From contig JBFWJC010000001.1 of NCBI GenBank assembly GCA_050253415.1, positions 224,001-288,000 on the forward strand: a stretch of 64,000 nucleotides of DNA. The letters run 5' to 3'. A model generated the notes under the pieces. That model was not told the origin of the DNA, searched no databases, and worked only from the letters and a program-made list of their open reading frames with translations. The position numbers and the translations under genes are program-made. Shown here one piece after another: positions 43,264-53,045 of this stretch (position 1 is its first letter; every line of letters starts with the position of its first letter). This stretch comes from Pedobacter sp. (GTDB lineage Bacteria > Desulfobacterota > Desulfuromonadia > Desulfuromonadales > Syntrophotaleaceae).

Positions 43264-44283
43264 TTAAAGGTCACGATCGGCGGCCGCGGCGAAGCGGCGC
43301 AGTTTTTCCATGACGGCGGCGAATCCTGCCGGGGTCAGGGACTGGGGTCCATCGCAGGACGCCGTTTCCGGATCGTTGTGAACTTCCACCAGCAGGCCGT
43401 CGCAACCGGCGGCTACCGCCGCATAACACATGGCCGGCACCAGGCTGGCATGGCCGGTGGCATGGGATGGATCGATCACCACCGGCAGGTGGGTCTGTTC
43501 CTTCAGCAACGGCACAGCGGACAGGTCGAGGGTGTTGCGGGTAGCGGTTTCGAAAGTGCGTATGCCGCGTTCACATAACACCACGCGCTGATTGCCTTCC
43601 GAGAGGATATACTCGGCGCTCATCAGAAATTCCTGGATGGTGGTCGACATGCCGCGTTTGAGCAGTACCGGTTTGTCCTGCTGACCGAGCAGGCGCAGCA
43701 GGGGGAAGTTCTGCACATTGCGGGCACCTACCTGCAGAATGTCGGCATAACGTGCCACGAGGTCGACATCGCGGGGATTGACCACTTCGGTGATGATAGG
43801 CAGGCCGGTAGCTTCGCGTGCGGCTGCCAGCAGTTTGAGCCCTTCCTCTTCCAGCCCCTGGAAAGCATAAGGGCTGGTGCGGGGTTTGAATGCACCGCCA
43901 CGCAGCACCTTGGCACCGGCGGCTTTGACCGCGCGGGCTGTTTCCAGCAGCTGCGATTCCCCTTCCACCGAACAGGGGCCGGCCATGACCAGAACTTCGC
44001 GGCCGCCGATGGTAACCCCGGGTGCCAACTCAAAAACGCTCGGTTCGGGGCGGATCTCTCTGCTGGCCAGTTTGTAGGGCTTGAGGATTGGTACCACGGC
44101 TTCCACGTTGGGCATCGATTCCAGCGATTGCAGTACCGCTTTGCCGCGTTCGTCGCCAATGGCGCCGATCACGTCACGGGTTTCGCCGTGGATGACATGC
44201 GCTTTGTAACCCAAATCGCGGATGCGTTTTTTGACTTCTGCCAGGGCTTCTTTGCCGGCGCCCTTTTTCATGACGATAATCAT
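43264..44283 (-). CDS. aroF: DAHP synthase, type I-beta with N-terminal regulatory domain
   Basis: [40 protein letters not shown]. Confidence 0.95.
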   Translation of the reverse strand: MIIVMKKGAGKEALAEVKKRIRDLGYKAHVIHGETRDVIGAIGDERGKAVLQSLESMPNVEAVVPILKPYKLASREIRPEPSVFELAPGVTIGGREVLVMAGPCSVEGESQLLETARAVKAAGAKVLRGGAFKPRTSPYAFQGLEEEGLKLLAAAREATGLPIITEVVNPRDVDLVARYADILQVGARNVQNFPLLRLLGQQDKPVLLKRGMSTTIQEFLMSAEYILSEGNQRVVLCERGIRTFETATRNTLDLSAVPLLKEQTHLPVVIDPSHATGHASLVPAMCYAAVAAGCDGLLVEVHNDPETASCDGPQSLTPAGFAAVMEKLRRFAAAADRDL

Positions 44284-44346
44284 GGTTTCAGCTCCTCTGG
44301 TGTCTGGGGGGTTGGTCGGCTGCCGATCGTTTTCCCCTAAACCTCC

Positions 44347-44392
44347 AAAAGAAAAACCACGGGTGAGCCAGTTAGCATCAACCCGTGGTTTT
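44347..44392 (-). terminator. Attenuator terminator in the aroF leader
   Basis: AAAACCACGGGT..ACCCGTGGTTTT 12-bp stem running into TTTTTCTTTT. Confidence 0.85.
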
Positions 44393-44421
44393 GTATGAAT
44401 GTGCTGTGGGGCGCTACGTCC

Positions 44422-44514
44422 TCAGACACCAGCCGCGGGTCGATGGTTCATAAAGAACCCAAAAAACCCGAACCAAAAGAAAAAGCTGATGTTGAGAAGC
44501 GTCTGCGCCTGCAT
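44422..44514 (-). CDS. Phe/Trp-rich attenuator leader peptide (30 aa, absent from the ORF track)
   Basis: MQAQTLLNISFFFWFGFFGFFMNHRPAAGV*; AAGGGA RBS. Confidence 0.85.
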   Translation of the reverse strand: MQAQTLLNISFFFWFGFFGFFMNHRPAAGV

Positions 44515-44618
44515 GGTGATCCCTTATATTAAGGTGAATGTCCTACCACTAGCAGATCACCACTTTAAAAGCAAGTAAAAACAAACTGTTGCTGTACCTT
44601 GCTAGGAGCCTGTCATGC

Positions 44619-46049
44619 CTATTCCTCTTCATCGGACGAATCGATAAAGCGTTGCAGCCAGCGATGAACATCGTTGCGACGGATTTCGGTTCGCAGGTGC
44701 ATCATGCGTTGCTTACGTTCTTCCGGCTCCATGCTGAAAGCCTCATAGATGGCATCGGCCGTGCCGTCGGTATCGTAGGGGTTGACCAGTAAAGCATGCT
44801 TGCCGAGTTGATCGGCGGCGCCGGCAAACTCGCTAAGGATCAACACGCCGTTGTTTTCCACCGAGCTGGCACAGTATTCCTTGGCAACCAGGTTCATGCC
44901 GTCCCGCAAAGGGGTGATCAGGGCGATTTCCGAGGTGCGGTAGCGCGCCAGCAGTTGTTCGCGTTCCAGACAGCGGAAAACGTAGTGAATCGGTACCCAT
45001 TCCGGTTGACCAAAGCGGGCATTGATGCGCCCTGCCAACTGGTCCAGTTCCTCTTTAAGGTTGGCGTAATCGGGTACCAGGGTGCGGCTGGGGATGACAA
45101 CTTGCATCAGCGAGATGCGCCTGATCAATTCGGGATATTTCTCCAGTGCCCTTTCAAAGGCCAGAAACCGTTCCGGAATACCCTTGGTATAATCAAGCCG
45201 GTCAATGCCCAGCACCAGTTGGCGGCCGCGCAGGTTTTCGTGCAGATACCAGGCAGCATCTTCAACCTCGCGAGAGCGTGCGCCCTCATCAAATTCATTG
45301 AAATCGATGCTGATGGGATAATGTCCGACCTTGATAACACGCTTGCCATATTGCAGCAGGGTGTGATGGCGTTTGCGGGTCAGGGTCTCAAGCTCAGGCA
45401 CCAGCATGCTGGCAGTTTGTACGAAGTTGCGGCGGTCACGCAGGGTCTGGAAGCCGATCTGATCGTAAGCCAGCAGTCCCCTGATCAATTCGGTCTTCCA
45501 TGGCAGGCGCCGATACAGGTCCGGCGAGGGAAACGGAATGTGCAGGAAAAAGGCGAGCCGATCCCGCATGCCCAGCTCTCGCAGATGTGATCCGACCAGC
45601 ATCAACTGGTAATCGTGTACCCAGATAAAGTCATCGGGAGCGGCATTTGCGGCGACCACTGCGGCGAATTTCTGATTGACCGCCTCATAAGCTTGCCATT
45701 GGGGCAGGTCAAAACGGCAGAAACCAAGCAGGTCGTGAAACAGCGGCCAGATGGCAGAATTGGAAAAGCCGCGATAATAGCGCTCCACTTCATCTTCACT
45801 GAGGGGCACCGGAACCAGCTGATAACCCTGCTTCTCTTTAAACTCACGCAGCAGGCGATCCAGGGGGGCATCCGTATCGCAACCGGGCCAGCCGATCCAG
45901 ACACCGTGATTTTCGCGCATCACCGGTGCCAGGGCGGTGACCAGACCGCCTGTGCCGGGTTTCATGGACCATCGATTCTCGGTCTGACCAATGACCGTTG
46001 GCAGCCGGTTGGAGATGATCAACAGACGTTTTTCGTCGTTTTGAAACAT
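44619..46049 (-). CDS. otsA: Trehalose-6-phosphate synthase (GT20)
   Basis: [41 protein letters not shown]. Confidence 0.92.
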   Translation of the reverse strand: MFQNDEKRLLIISNRLPTVIGQTENRWSMKPGTGGLVTALAPVMRENHGVWIGWPGCDTDAPLDRLLREFKEKQGYQLVPVPLSEDEVERYYRGFSNSAIWPLFHDLLGFCRFDLPQWQAYEAVNQKFAAVVAANAAPDDFIWVHDYQLMLVGSHLRELGMRDRLAFFLHIPFPSPDLYRRLPWKTELIRGLLAYDQIGFQTLRDRRNFVQTASMLVPELETLTRKRHHTLLQYGKRVIKVGHYPISIDFNEFDEGARSREVEDAAWYLHENLRGRQLVLGIDRLDYTKGIPERFLAFERALEKYPELIRRISLMQVVIPSRTLVPDYANLKEELDQLAGRINARFGQPEWVPIHYVFRCLEREQLLARYRTSEIALITPLRDGMNLVAKEYCASSVENNGVLILSEFAGAADQLGKHALLVNPYDTDGTADAIYEAFSMEPEERKQRMMHLRTEIRRNDVHRWLQRFIDSSDEEE

Positions 46050-46097
46050 GGAGCAACCTTCCTTTTTCGGCATGGAAATGAATGGATTGAAACGTGT

Positions 46098-47360
46098 TCA
46101 GCCGACCACTACCCGCTCCCGACAGCCATCCTGAAGGCCAACCAGCAAGGTCAGGTATTCCCGCAGGTGACGTGTATTGAGAAAATTGTCCATCACGAAC
46201 TGTCGGGCCCGGTCACCGATCTGCCGCCGCAACCGCGCACGAAGCAGCAGATAGCGGATGCGCAGGGCAGCGCCTTCCGGTGTACGCACCAGAAAACCGG
46301 TATAGTGATTGAACACCTGCAGGCGGATGCCACCGGTGTCGCCGCCGATAACCGGCTTGCCTTTCCACATCCCCTCCGCCACGGTCAGGCCGAAGCCCTC
46401 GCGGATCGATTTCTGGATGACAATATCCGAGGCGCGCTGCAGCGCGTTGATGGTTCGATGCGCATCGGGGGGCAGCAGCAAAACATGGATATCCGGGTCG
46501 TTTGCGGCGGCCTGTTGAACCTCCTGCAGGACCGCCATCCCTTCCGGATCATCGCTCGCCTCGCCGCCTGCCAGCACCAGCTGCAGCGGGGTCAGCTTGG
46601 CGGCCAGCCGATAAGCCTGAATTACGCCCACAGGGTCTTTAAAGCGGTCATAACGGGAAACCTGCAGTACCATTGGCCGCTCCGGGTCGAGCCCGAATTG
46701 GGAGTAAATCGCATCGATTTCAGCCGGGGGAAGGTCACGGTTCTTATCGCTCAGCGGGTCGATACTCGGCGCAATGATATATTGCGGGTGCGGCAGCGGC
46801 TGCGCGAATTCCGGCAGGGAGAAAATACTGGCATCGTAGGCTCCCAGTTGCGACCGCAGATATTTCCACACGGGCCGAAACGGATGACTCGCATCGATAT
46901 GGCACCGCCAGATCCACTTGCCGCGCCGCTTTGGAAAATGAGACAACAGGGCCGCGGGCTGGGGATCGTGAATAAAAACGAAATCCGCCTGTTCGAGAAC
47001 CGGCCTGAGCTGTTCCGCGCAGCGGGCATTGGTCTCTTCGTAGGCTTTCAGCAGGGACTCCGGGATATGTACGTCCAAACCCTGCAAAGCGTTATGAAAG
47101 CCCTTGGTGCATTCGTAAAAAGCCGGTGAACCGTTAATAACCTCCCAACTTGCATCGATCCCCAGAGCTTGTTTGAAAGGGATCAGCTTTTGCAGGATTT
47201 CCGCCACCCCACCCCCTTCTCGGGTCGAATTGACATGCACGACTTTGGCCCCTTTCAGGGGAGCCGCAAGTTGCTCCAGGTGCTGGATAACGTTGTTGCC
47301 GGTTACCTGCGCATAGTGTGCAAGAAAATCCTGGTTCTGTTTGTTGTGGCGGAGGGCCAT
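46098..47360 (-). CDS. Trehalose synthase TreT-like glycosyltransferase (GT4)
   Basis: HVNST..GGGVAEIL, IHDPQP, WRCHID, PSIDPLSDKN, REGFGLTV.E. Confidence 0.85.
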   Translation of the reverse strand: MALRHNKQNQDFLAHYAQVTGNNVIQHLEQLAAPLKGAKVVHVNSTREGGGVAEILQKLIPFKQALGIDASWEVINGSPAFYECTKGFHNALQGLDVHIPESLLKAYEETNARCAEQLRPVLEQADFVFIHDPQPAALLSHFPKRRGKWIWRCHIDASHPFRPVWKYLRSQLGAYDASIFSLPEFAQPLPHPQYIIAPSIDPLSDKNRDLPPAEIDAIYSQFGLDPERPMVLQVSRYDRFKDPVGVIQAYRLAAKLTPLQLVLAGGEASDDPEGMAVLQEVQQAAANDPDIHVLLLPPDAHRTINALQRASDIVIQKSIREGFGLTVAEGMWKGKPVIGGDTGGIRLQVFNHYTGFLVRTPEGAALRIRYLLLRARLRRQIGDRARQFVMDNFLNTRHLREYLTLLVGLQDGCRERVVVG

Positions 47361-48034
47361 CAGCTTTGCTCCTCAAAAAACGTCTGAAACAGGCTGGCAA
47401 CATGGGCACGGATTTCTTCAAGGGACGAAAAATAAGGATCGAAGCCGCATAGACGTTCAATCAATCCCTGGTAGCGGTCACCGAATCCGGCTAGCCACGC
47501 CGAAAAATCGTCGCAACGCTGTTCGGTGCGGCTGCGAGCGTCGATGAAGTGGTAGTAGATGCAACCCGTCGACAGGGTCGGCAAGTAGGACACCAGATCA
47601 ACCGGACCGTCAAACCGCAGGCCCGTATCAAACACCACAATCTGGGAGTGCAAAAAGTAAAACTGCTGATCAGCGCGGGCCCAGGGGATCATTTCACATT
47701 CGTCCAGGCGTTGCTCCACCGTGTCGACCAACTCCAGTCGCAATTGCTCGAGGCTGTCGAAGTCTGTCGGCAGCGTCATGCTCAGGCGTTCGGCCAGCGT
47801 TTTATCATGCAAGCCACGATAGGCCCAGGAGGCAAAATCGTTGTTGTATTCAGGCTCGTCGAACTGTGGGCGCAACAGTCTTCCCCAGAAATGATGGCCG
47901 ATACTGGCCAGCGGGATTTTTTCCAGCGCATCCCGGAACTCTTTGAGGTTCTGCACCTTGATGCCTGTCGACAAGGTGATCAGAGCGCAATCTCTTACCT
48001 CAAAAGGTGATATGGCAGGTACGGCAGGTTTCAT
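47360..48034 (-). CDS. DUF5752-like protein (TreT-associated)
   Basis: Internally duplicated SI..HF/CIYYHF and NDF..W/DDF..W motifs; translationally coupled to the TreT-like gene. Confidence 0.7.
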   Translation of the reverse strand: MKPAVPAISPFEVRDCALITLSTGIKVQNLKEFRDALEKIPLASIGHHFWGRLLRPQFDEPEYNNDFASWAYRGLHDKTLAERLSMTLPTDFDSLEQLRLELVDTVEQRLDECEMIPWARADQQFYFLHSQIVVFDTGLRFDGPVDLVSYLPTLSTGCIYYHFIDARSRTEQRCDDFSAWLAGFGDRYQGLIERLCGFDPYFSSLEEIRAHVASLFQTFFEEQS

Positions 48035-48243
48035 GGGACTCCCGTTGCGAACAGGTCCAGCCGGGGTTGGAACTCCTCCCCGGTCATCCATCTTCTCACG
48101 ATGGTTGAATTATTCATGCAGACCAGGAGGTGGCGCTCTTGGTCTGCCTTGATTTTTGCACTGTAAGGGGACAGTGAAAGAATAGCATAAGCCATCGTAG
48201 TGGCAATTTATTGGCTCAGTTTATCGGCCCTTTATGTTTTTGC

Positions 48244-48272
48244 TTGACAGCAGCGGTCGAATTCTTTATAAA
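48244..48272 (+). promoter_or_regulatory. sigma70 promoter of tRNA-Phe
   Basis: TTGACA-17-TATAAA. Confidence 0.75.
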
Positions 48273-48285
48273 CGGAACACTCATT

Positions 48286-48362
<77 letters not shown>

Positions 48363-48369
48363 AAATATC

Positions 48370-48402
48370 AAGGGGTTACGGCGTTTGCTGTGACCCCTTT
48401 TT
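48370..48402. terminator. Element-supplied terminator between tRNA and convergent int
   Basis: AAGGGGTTACGGC-gttt-GCTGTGACCCCTT-TTT. Confidence 0.7.
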
Positions 48403-49480
48403 ATATTTGTGCTTGAGAGACGTGAACTAATCGTGAAGTGGATTTTTCAGAGAGGGCGTGGTTCAGAAGGTCAACCGCTGCCACTTTATGAGAAGGGGCA
48501 AGGTGCGCATAGCGCAGAGTCATTGATAGAGTCTTGTGCCCCATCAGTTCCTTTACAGTAGTAATGTCCACGCCTGCCATAACCAAGTGGGAGGCAAATG
48601 TATGTCGCAGGTCGTGAAAGCGAAAATCTTTAATACCGGCCCTTCTACAGGCTGAGTAAAAAGACTTTTTTACGTCTCCGTACCGCTTACCAGTTTTAGG
48701 ATTGAAGAAGACATAGGGTACGTCGATTCGTCTGATCTGCGACTTCAAAACCTTCAGAAATGCTTCGTTTATCGGTATCTCCCTTCTCTCTCCATTTTTT
48801 GTTGTGTCCAGCAGGATGAAGTTGTGACGAAGGTCTATATTCTGTTCCCATTTCAGGGTCAGAATTTCATTCTTACGCATTCCCGTATTTAGTGCAGCAA
48901 TGACAATTGGTTTAAGGTGAGGGTCGCAGGCTTTGATAAGTTCTTGAGTCTCTATTGCTGATAGGAAGCGTAACCGACGGTTATTTTCCTGTAGCAACTT
49001 AACCTTTCTGGTCTTTTTTAAAACCTCCTCTTCTACCATTTCCCATTCTTCGGCTTTGGTGAACATGTGTTTCAGCGTAGCTAGTAGACGGTTGACCGTC
49101 GCGGGTTTATTGAATTTCAGTCTTTCTGTTTGGAATTGCTCAATTTGCAATGTGTTAAATTGCCGTAGTGGCAGGGGCCCAAAGGTGTCAACCAATTGTT
49201 TGATTTTGCGAGCTTTAGTTTTAAATGCTTTCTGACGTTCGCACCATGGTAAATATTTTTCAGCAAGTTCGCTGAACGTGTAGTTTTTTATCTTTTTTAT
49301 CTCAGGATTCTTCCCCTCCATAAGCATTTGCCGGTTTTTGGTAAGAATCGCCTGAGCTTCTTTGAAGTTCGTTGTACCTGAGCTTTTACGAATCGTTTTT
49401 CCGGCAAGGTTTTGGTAGGCAATCCAATAATTTTTACTATCAGGTCTTTTGTAAACCCCCTGAGTCCGAGTTCGTGCCAC
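48401..49480 (-). CDS. Tyrosine recombinase (phage-type integrase)
   Basis: TGMRKNE, TKNG, FHDLRHT, MGH, RYAH catalytic set; N-terminal arm-binding-like GVYKR..YW; GTG at 49480 with AAGGAGA RBS. Confidence 0.95.
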   Translation of the reverse strand: MARTRTQGVYKRPDSKNYWIAYQNLAGKTIRKSSGTTNFKEAQAILTKNRQMLMEGKNPEIKKIKNYTFSELAEKYLPWCERQKAFKTKARKIKQLVDTFGPLPLRQFNTLQIEQFQTERLKFNKPATVNRLLATLKHMFTKAEEWEMVEEEVLKKTRKVKLLQENNRRLRFLSAIETQELIKACDPHLKPIVIAALNTGMRKNEILTLKWEQNIDLRHNFILLDTTKNGERREIPINEAFLKVLKSQIRRIDVPYVFFNPKTGKRYGDVKKSFYSACRRAGIKDFRFHDLRHTFASHLVMAGVDITTVKELMGHKTLSMTLRYAHLAPSHKVAAVDLLNHALSEKSTSRLVHVSQAQI

Positions 49481-49691
49481 TCGTGTCTCCTTTTCCAATA
49501 ACAGGTTCGTTGGTTAGGTCCTTCGCAATATAGTCCATTAAAAGTTGGAGCGTTGTACTTGGTTTTTTCACCCCCTTTTCCAGCATGTACACGTAGTTCT
49601 GACTAACGCCCAGTCGTTCCGCCAACTGGGCTTGAGTTAAACCAGCGCTTTTCCTGAAACTTTGAATATCTTCTGGAGACCACTTATCCAT
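49440..49691 (-). CDS. Small XRE-family HTH regulator
   Basis: RKSAGLTQAQLAERLGVSQNYVYMLEKG..KPS. Confidence 0.85.
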   Translation of the reverse strand: MDKWSPEDIQSFRKSAGLTQAQLAERLGVSQNYVYMLEKGVKKPSTTLQLLMDYIAKDLTNEPVIGKGDTSGTNSDSGGLQKT

Positions 49692-49806
49692 GGTTTAATT
49701 ATACCCTAACTGAGTTAGATTATCTAATAGTTTCTAGGTTCACGTTTTGCTTCACATGCTACAGTATGTAAGCGAAATTACATGATGTTTTTGGTGGATC
49801 TGGGGA

Positions 49807-50136
49807 TTAACAATCCTCTGTTCCCTTGTTGCCTAGGTATCGTTTTGCCGGGTTAACTGGCAGCGGCTTTACAGCAGTCTCTTCCATCCAGCGATCTATA
49901 GACGATTTTCTGAACTTAATTAAGCGTCCGGTTTTCATATAAGGGATGTTGTGTTGTGATACCTTTTTATAAATCCAGTCCCTGCTGACGTTGAGATATT
50001 TGGCAAGGCCCGCTACATCGTAAAACTGGTCCGGTTCACTGCTTTTCGATATTGAAAGCAATGGCTTTAGATATTTTGCGACATCCAAGGCAATAGCCTT
50101 GAGTTCTTCTTCTCCTAGCTGAATAGCAAGTTGCAT
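49807..50136 (-). CDS. Excisionase-like HTH_17 protein
   Basis: LAKYLNVSRDWIY..IP..K.GRLIKF..IDRW; GGAG RBS. Confidence 0.85.
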   Translation of the reverse strand: MQLAIQLGEEELKAIALDVAKYLKPLLSISKSSEPDQFYDVAGLAKYLNVSRDWIYKKVSQHNIPYMKTGRLIKFRKSSIDRWMEETAVKPLPVNPAKRYLGNKGTEDC

Positions 50137-50280
50137 ATTGACTCCATATTTAGGGTTTTAATGTAGTTAATGTTGTCTTAACTTGATAAGGGGTGGTGGG
50201 GGCGGTCTATTATCTGCAAACCGCCCCCTTGTCTTTCTGGGTATCAGAGGCCCACCCACCGTATTTTGATAAGCTATTAA

Positions 50281-51195
50281 TTATCTTTTTTCCTGTTGAT
50301 CTGCCAACTTTGAACGATCAAGTTTTTTGAGGCCTGATGCATACATGTCGAGTATGATTTCAGGACCACACTCTTCCATAACTCGGACCAGGGTTTTGTC
50401 ATAGTTATTGATAAACCAACGAAAGTCATTGGGTTTTGTTTTTTTTGTGGGAGATAGGAGTGTTATTTTTTTTGTCTCTCCCAAAAATTGCTTCCACCAA
50501 GCAGCAACTGGTCTCCTAGACCGGTTGCTATCGGTGCATAATTCCTTAAAGGACAAATAACTGTCGAGTAGGCCAAAGAGCATGCCCCCGGTTGTTTCTC
50601 CCTCGGCTAACGCTTTCATGATTGCCGTAGCGTTCTTGCGTTTAGCTTCAATTTCAAGACGCACCCAAAGGAAGTCTACTTTTTGTTCGGCGGCTTTGTC
50701 ATAAATGCGCAAATACATGCGGCTTGTACGACTACCAAACTTAATTGCCTTGCCTACTAATTTACCAGTTTGTTGATCGAAACCGTTTTCCACCCGGGGT
50801 GGGTTTTTAAAACGAGAGGTACACTGCCCTTGTCTTATGGCTTCTTCCATTTCATTCATATCCAGCATTCCGGCAAAATCATCTACAGCAAGATCAATGC
50901 GGGAAAAGGTTCCGCATATGTTCATTACCCTTTTAGCAATGGGGAGCAAATGTTTTTGAAGGGCTTCGCAAGCTTGACCGGTCAACCGTACATGGTGTCC
51001 CATTTGTTCGTGTCCACCATCAGTCAAGACTAGAATAGTGTTCGTATCATTGACATAACGGATTTTGTATCCATCTTGACCGTTTTGTTGCAGTTGAAAG
51101 TCTGAAAACGGAAGTTCGAGAATCTTGTTGAAGATGTTTTCAATGGGGGTCTCAGAGGGTATGGTAAAAGCCATCCAATGAATAAAACATGTCAT
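50281..51195 (-). CDS. Rep_trans-family replication initiator/relaxase
   Basis: HVRLTGQAC, SRIDLAVDD, FGSRTS..LRIYDK, WVRLEIE motifs. Confidence 0.88.
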   Translation of the reverse strand: MTCFIHWMAFTIPSETPIENIFNKILELPFSDFQLQQNGQDGYKIRYVNDTNTILVLTDGGHEQMGHHVRLTGQACEALQKHLLPIAKRVMNICGTFSRIDLAVDDFAGMLDMNEMEEAIRQGQCTSRFKNPPRVENGFDQQTGKLVGKAIKFGSRTSRMYLRIYDKAAEQKVDFLWVRLEIEAKRKNATAIMKALAEGETTGGMLFGLLDSYLSFKELCTDSNRSRRPVAAWWKQFLGETKKITLLSPTKKTKPNDFRWFINNYDKTLVRVMEECGPEIILDMYASGLKKLDRSKLADQQEKR

Positions 51196-51206
51196 TTGTG
51201 CCCCCT

Positions 51207-51602
51207 TCATAATACAAGTCCCTCAAGTGACTCCTTTGTTTTTAGTTCTCTTCTCCATGCTGTAAGAATGGAGAAGATATAAGCTGCAGCTTCCTTCACC
51301 TCACTTTCAGAATCGCTTCGCTGGTTAGAAAGGGTGGCAAGGCCATTAAGTTGTCGGTGGTCATTCGGCCAGTTTCGCACTAAACCAATGAGAAATTGCC
51401 GAATTAATTTACGATTTTCAGTTTTATTGAAACCGAGGGTGATCAATTTTTGGGCTATAAGTTTTGAGCACCTATTGGGGCTAACTCTGATTTGTTTTCC
51501 TGTGGGACCATTATAGAAAATAGGGATCTCTAGCTTTTGCATGAATAAGTACTGAATAGGTATGTCTTCAATTAGAACCAAATTTAAATTGTTTATTATC
51601 AT
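51207..51602 (-). CDS. Hypothetical protein upstream of rep
   Basis: 131-aa ORF with AAGGA RBS, abutting rep. Confidence 0.6.
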   Translation of the reverse strand: MIINNLNLVLIEDIPIQYLFMQKLEIPIFYNGPTGKQIRVSPNRCSKLIAQKLITLGFNKTENRKLIRQFLIGLVRNWPNDHRQLNGLATLSNQRSDSESEVKEAAAYIFSILTAWRRELKTKESLEGLVL

Positions 51603-51964
51603 TGCTTTTCCTTAAGCTTAAAAGAACAGATATGCATCTAAGAGATGGATATTCTATTGTTATTAAAATTTGTCCTGAAGTAAAAGTTATCAGGTCGGCT
51701 TCAAATATAATTATTCCTTAGGAGACCAAATGCGCATTTTGGTTCCCATAACATCAGGATGCCAAATGGGCCATCCGAACAAATCCGACAAATTTGAATA
51801 GACGAATGCGGGGCCTCGTTTCGTACGACGCCTCGTCTATTTTGCCGGAAGATATATGACTGAGATATAAAAAGACCGCTGGGCAGCGGTTTGAGAAGAA
51901 ACTATCAACTTATAGTGTCGGTATATTTAGTTTGAAATAGACCACAATATGCAGTAATGTGGGC

Positions 51965-51993
51965 ATAATAACTTAAAAACCGAAATTTGTCAA
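51965..51993 (-). promoter_or_regulatory. sigma70 promoter toward the rep module
   Basis: TTGACA-17-TATTAT on the minus strand. Confidence 0.6.
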
Positions 51994-52126
51994 GGAGTTT
52001 TTTCAGGAAAACAGATAATTTTTCAGAAAAGAAAAGTTTCTCTGAAATTGATGCGGAAAAATAATTGCCCATCGTCACTTTCAGGTGGTGCACATACAAG
52101 TAGGGTCGACAGGTTGATAATTTGTC

Positions 52127-52642
52127 TTAATCCTCATGAATGCTTGATCCCGATTCACTGCCATGCGCCAAAGCCATGTCTTCAGCACTATCTACCAAAC
52201 GAGATTGTCTTTTCTTATCGAGTTGCCTAAAAGCCTTTAATAGCCTTTTTTCAGAAAGAGTTAAGTAACCCAATTGTCCCTTATCGGTCTCTATTCCAGC
52301 TAAGATAACCTTAACTAACTTTGATAGTCTATAAAGGTCTTCCGGTAGAGAGGAAACCTTTTTAGGTTTTTGATAGTTTTCATCTGCTCTTGCCCAATCA
52401 TACATATCAGGATAGGAGGGGGCGTCCGCGTCGCCTCCTGTCAACAATTCATCTAAACCAACCTGACCCAATTTTGCTATTTTTACGACGGTTTCAAACG
52501 AAGGTGACGTCTCTCCCTTTTCGTATGCAGATATAGAGCTAATTGCAACTCCCAGCTTTTCACCAAAATCTTTCTGGGTAAGACCTAACCCTGATCGAAT
52601 CTGGCGAATCCTTTTCCCAATTTGTTTTCGTTGATTAGTCAT
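52127..52642 (-). CDS. XRE-family repressor
   Basis: IGKRIRQIR..GLTQKDFG..LGV..SSISAYEKG..PS; C-terminal E..LL..FR.L helix. Confidence 0.88.
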   Translation of the reverse strand: MTNQRKQIGKRIRQIRSGLGLTQKDFGEKLGVAISSISAYEKGETSPSFETVVKIAKLGQVGLDELLTGGDADAPSYPDMYDWARADENYQKPKKVSSLPEDLYRLSKLVKVILAGIETDKGQLGYLTLSEKRLLKAFRQLDKKRQSRLVDSAEDMALAHGSESGSSIHED

Positions 52643-53045
52643 TTTGTTCCCATAGCAAACTTTCAGAAAAATCTTTACGAAGTACAGCATAGCTGAAAAA
52701 TGAGATAAAAAAAACCCTTTTTGCGATTGGCCTAATCGTAAGTTTCGGAATTTCACCGATGTGAAAAATAACCATGATTACCAATACTAAAAATAATTAC
52801 TACTAAATTAATTCAAGATCCTACATTAGAATATTTGACCAAACATTTATTAAGTAGTATCTAAATGAATATTTTTATTTCAGATAAGGAAGGGGGAAGG
52901 AGACTAGTGGACATGTCGGTTCCCTTTAACCAGAGGCCTTCAAGTAGTCACGACCAAAAGGTTAGAATACTTTCACATAATATCTGTTTGTTAATATCAA
53001 GAATGGCTCTTCGTATTTGTATGCACAGAAAGGGGATAAAGTTTT

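Noticed and set aside
45615..47129. 504-aa plus-strand ORF
   Set aside because: Antisense to otsA and the TreT-like gene, which carry clear family motifs.
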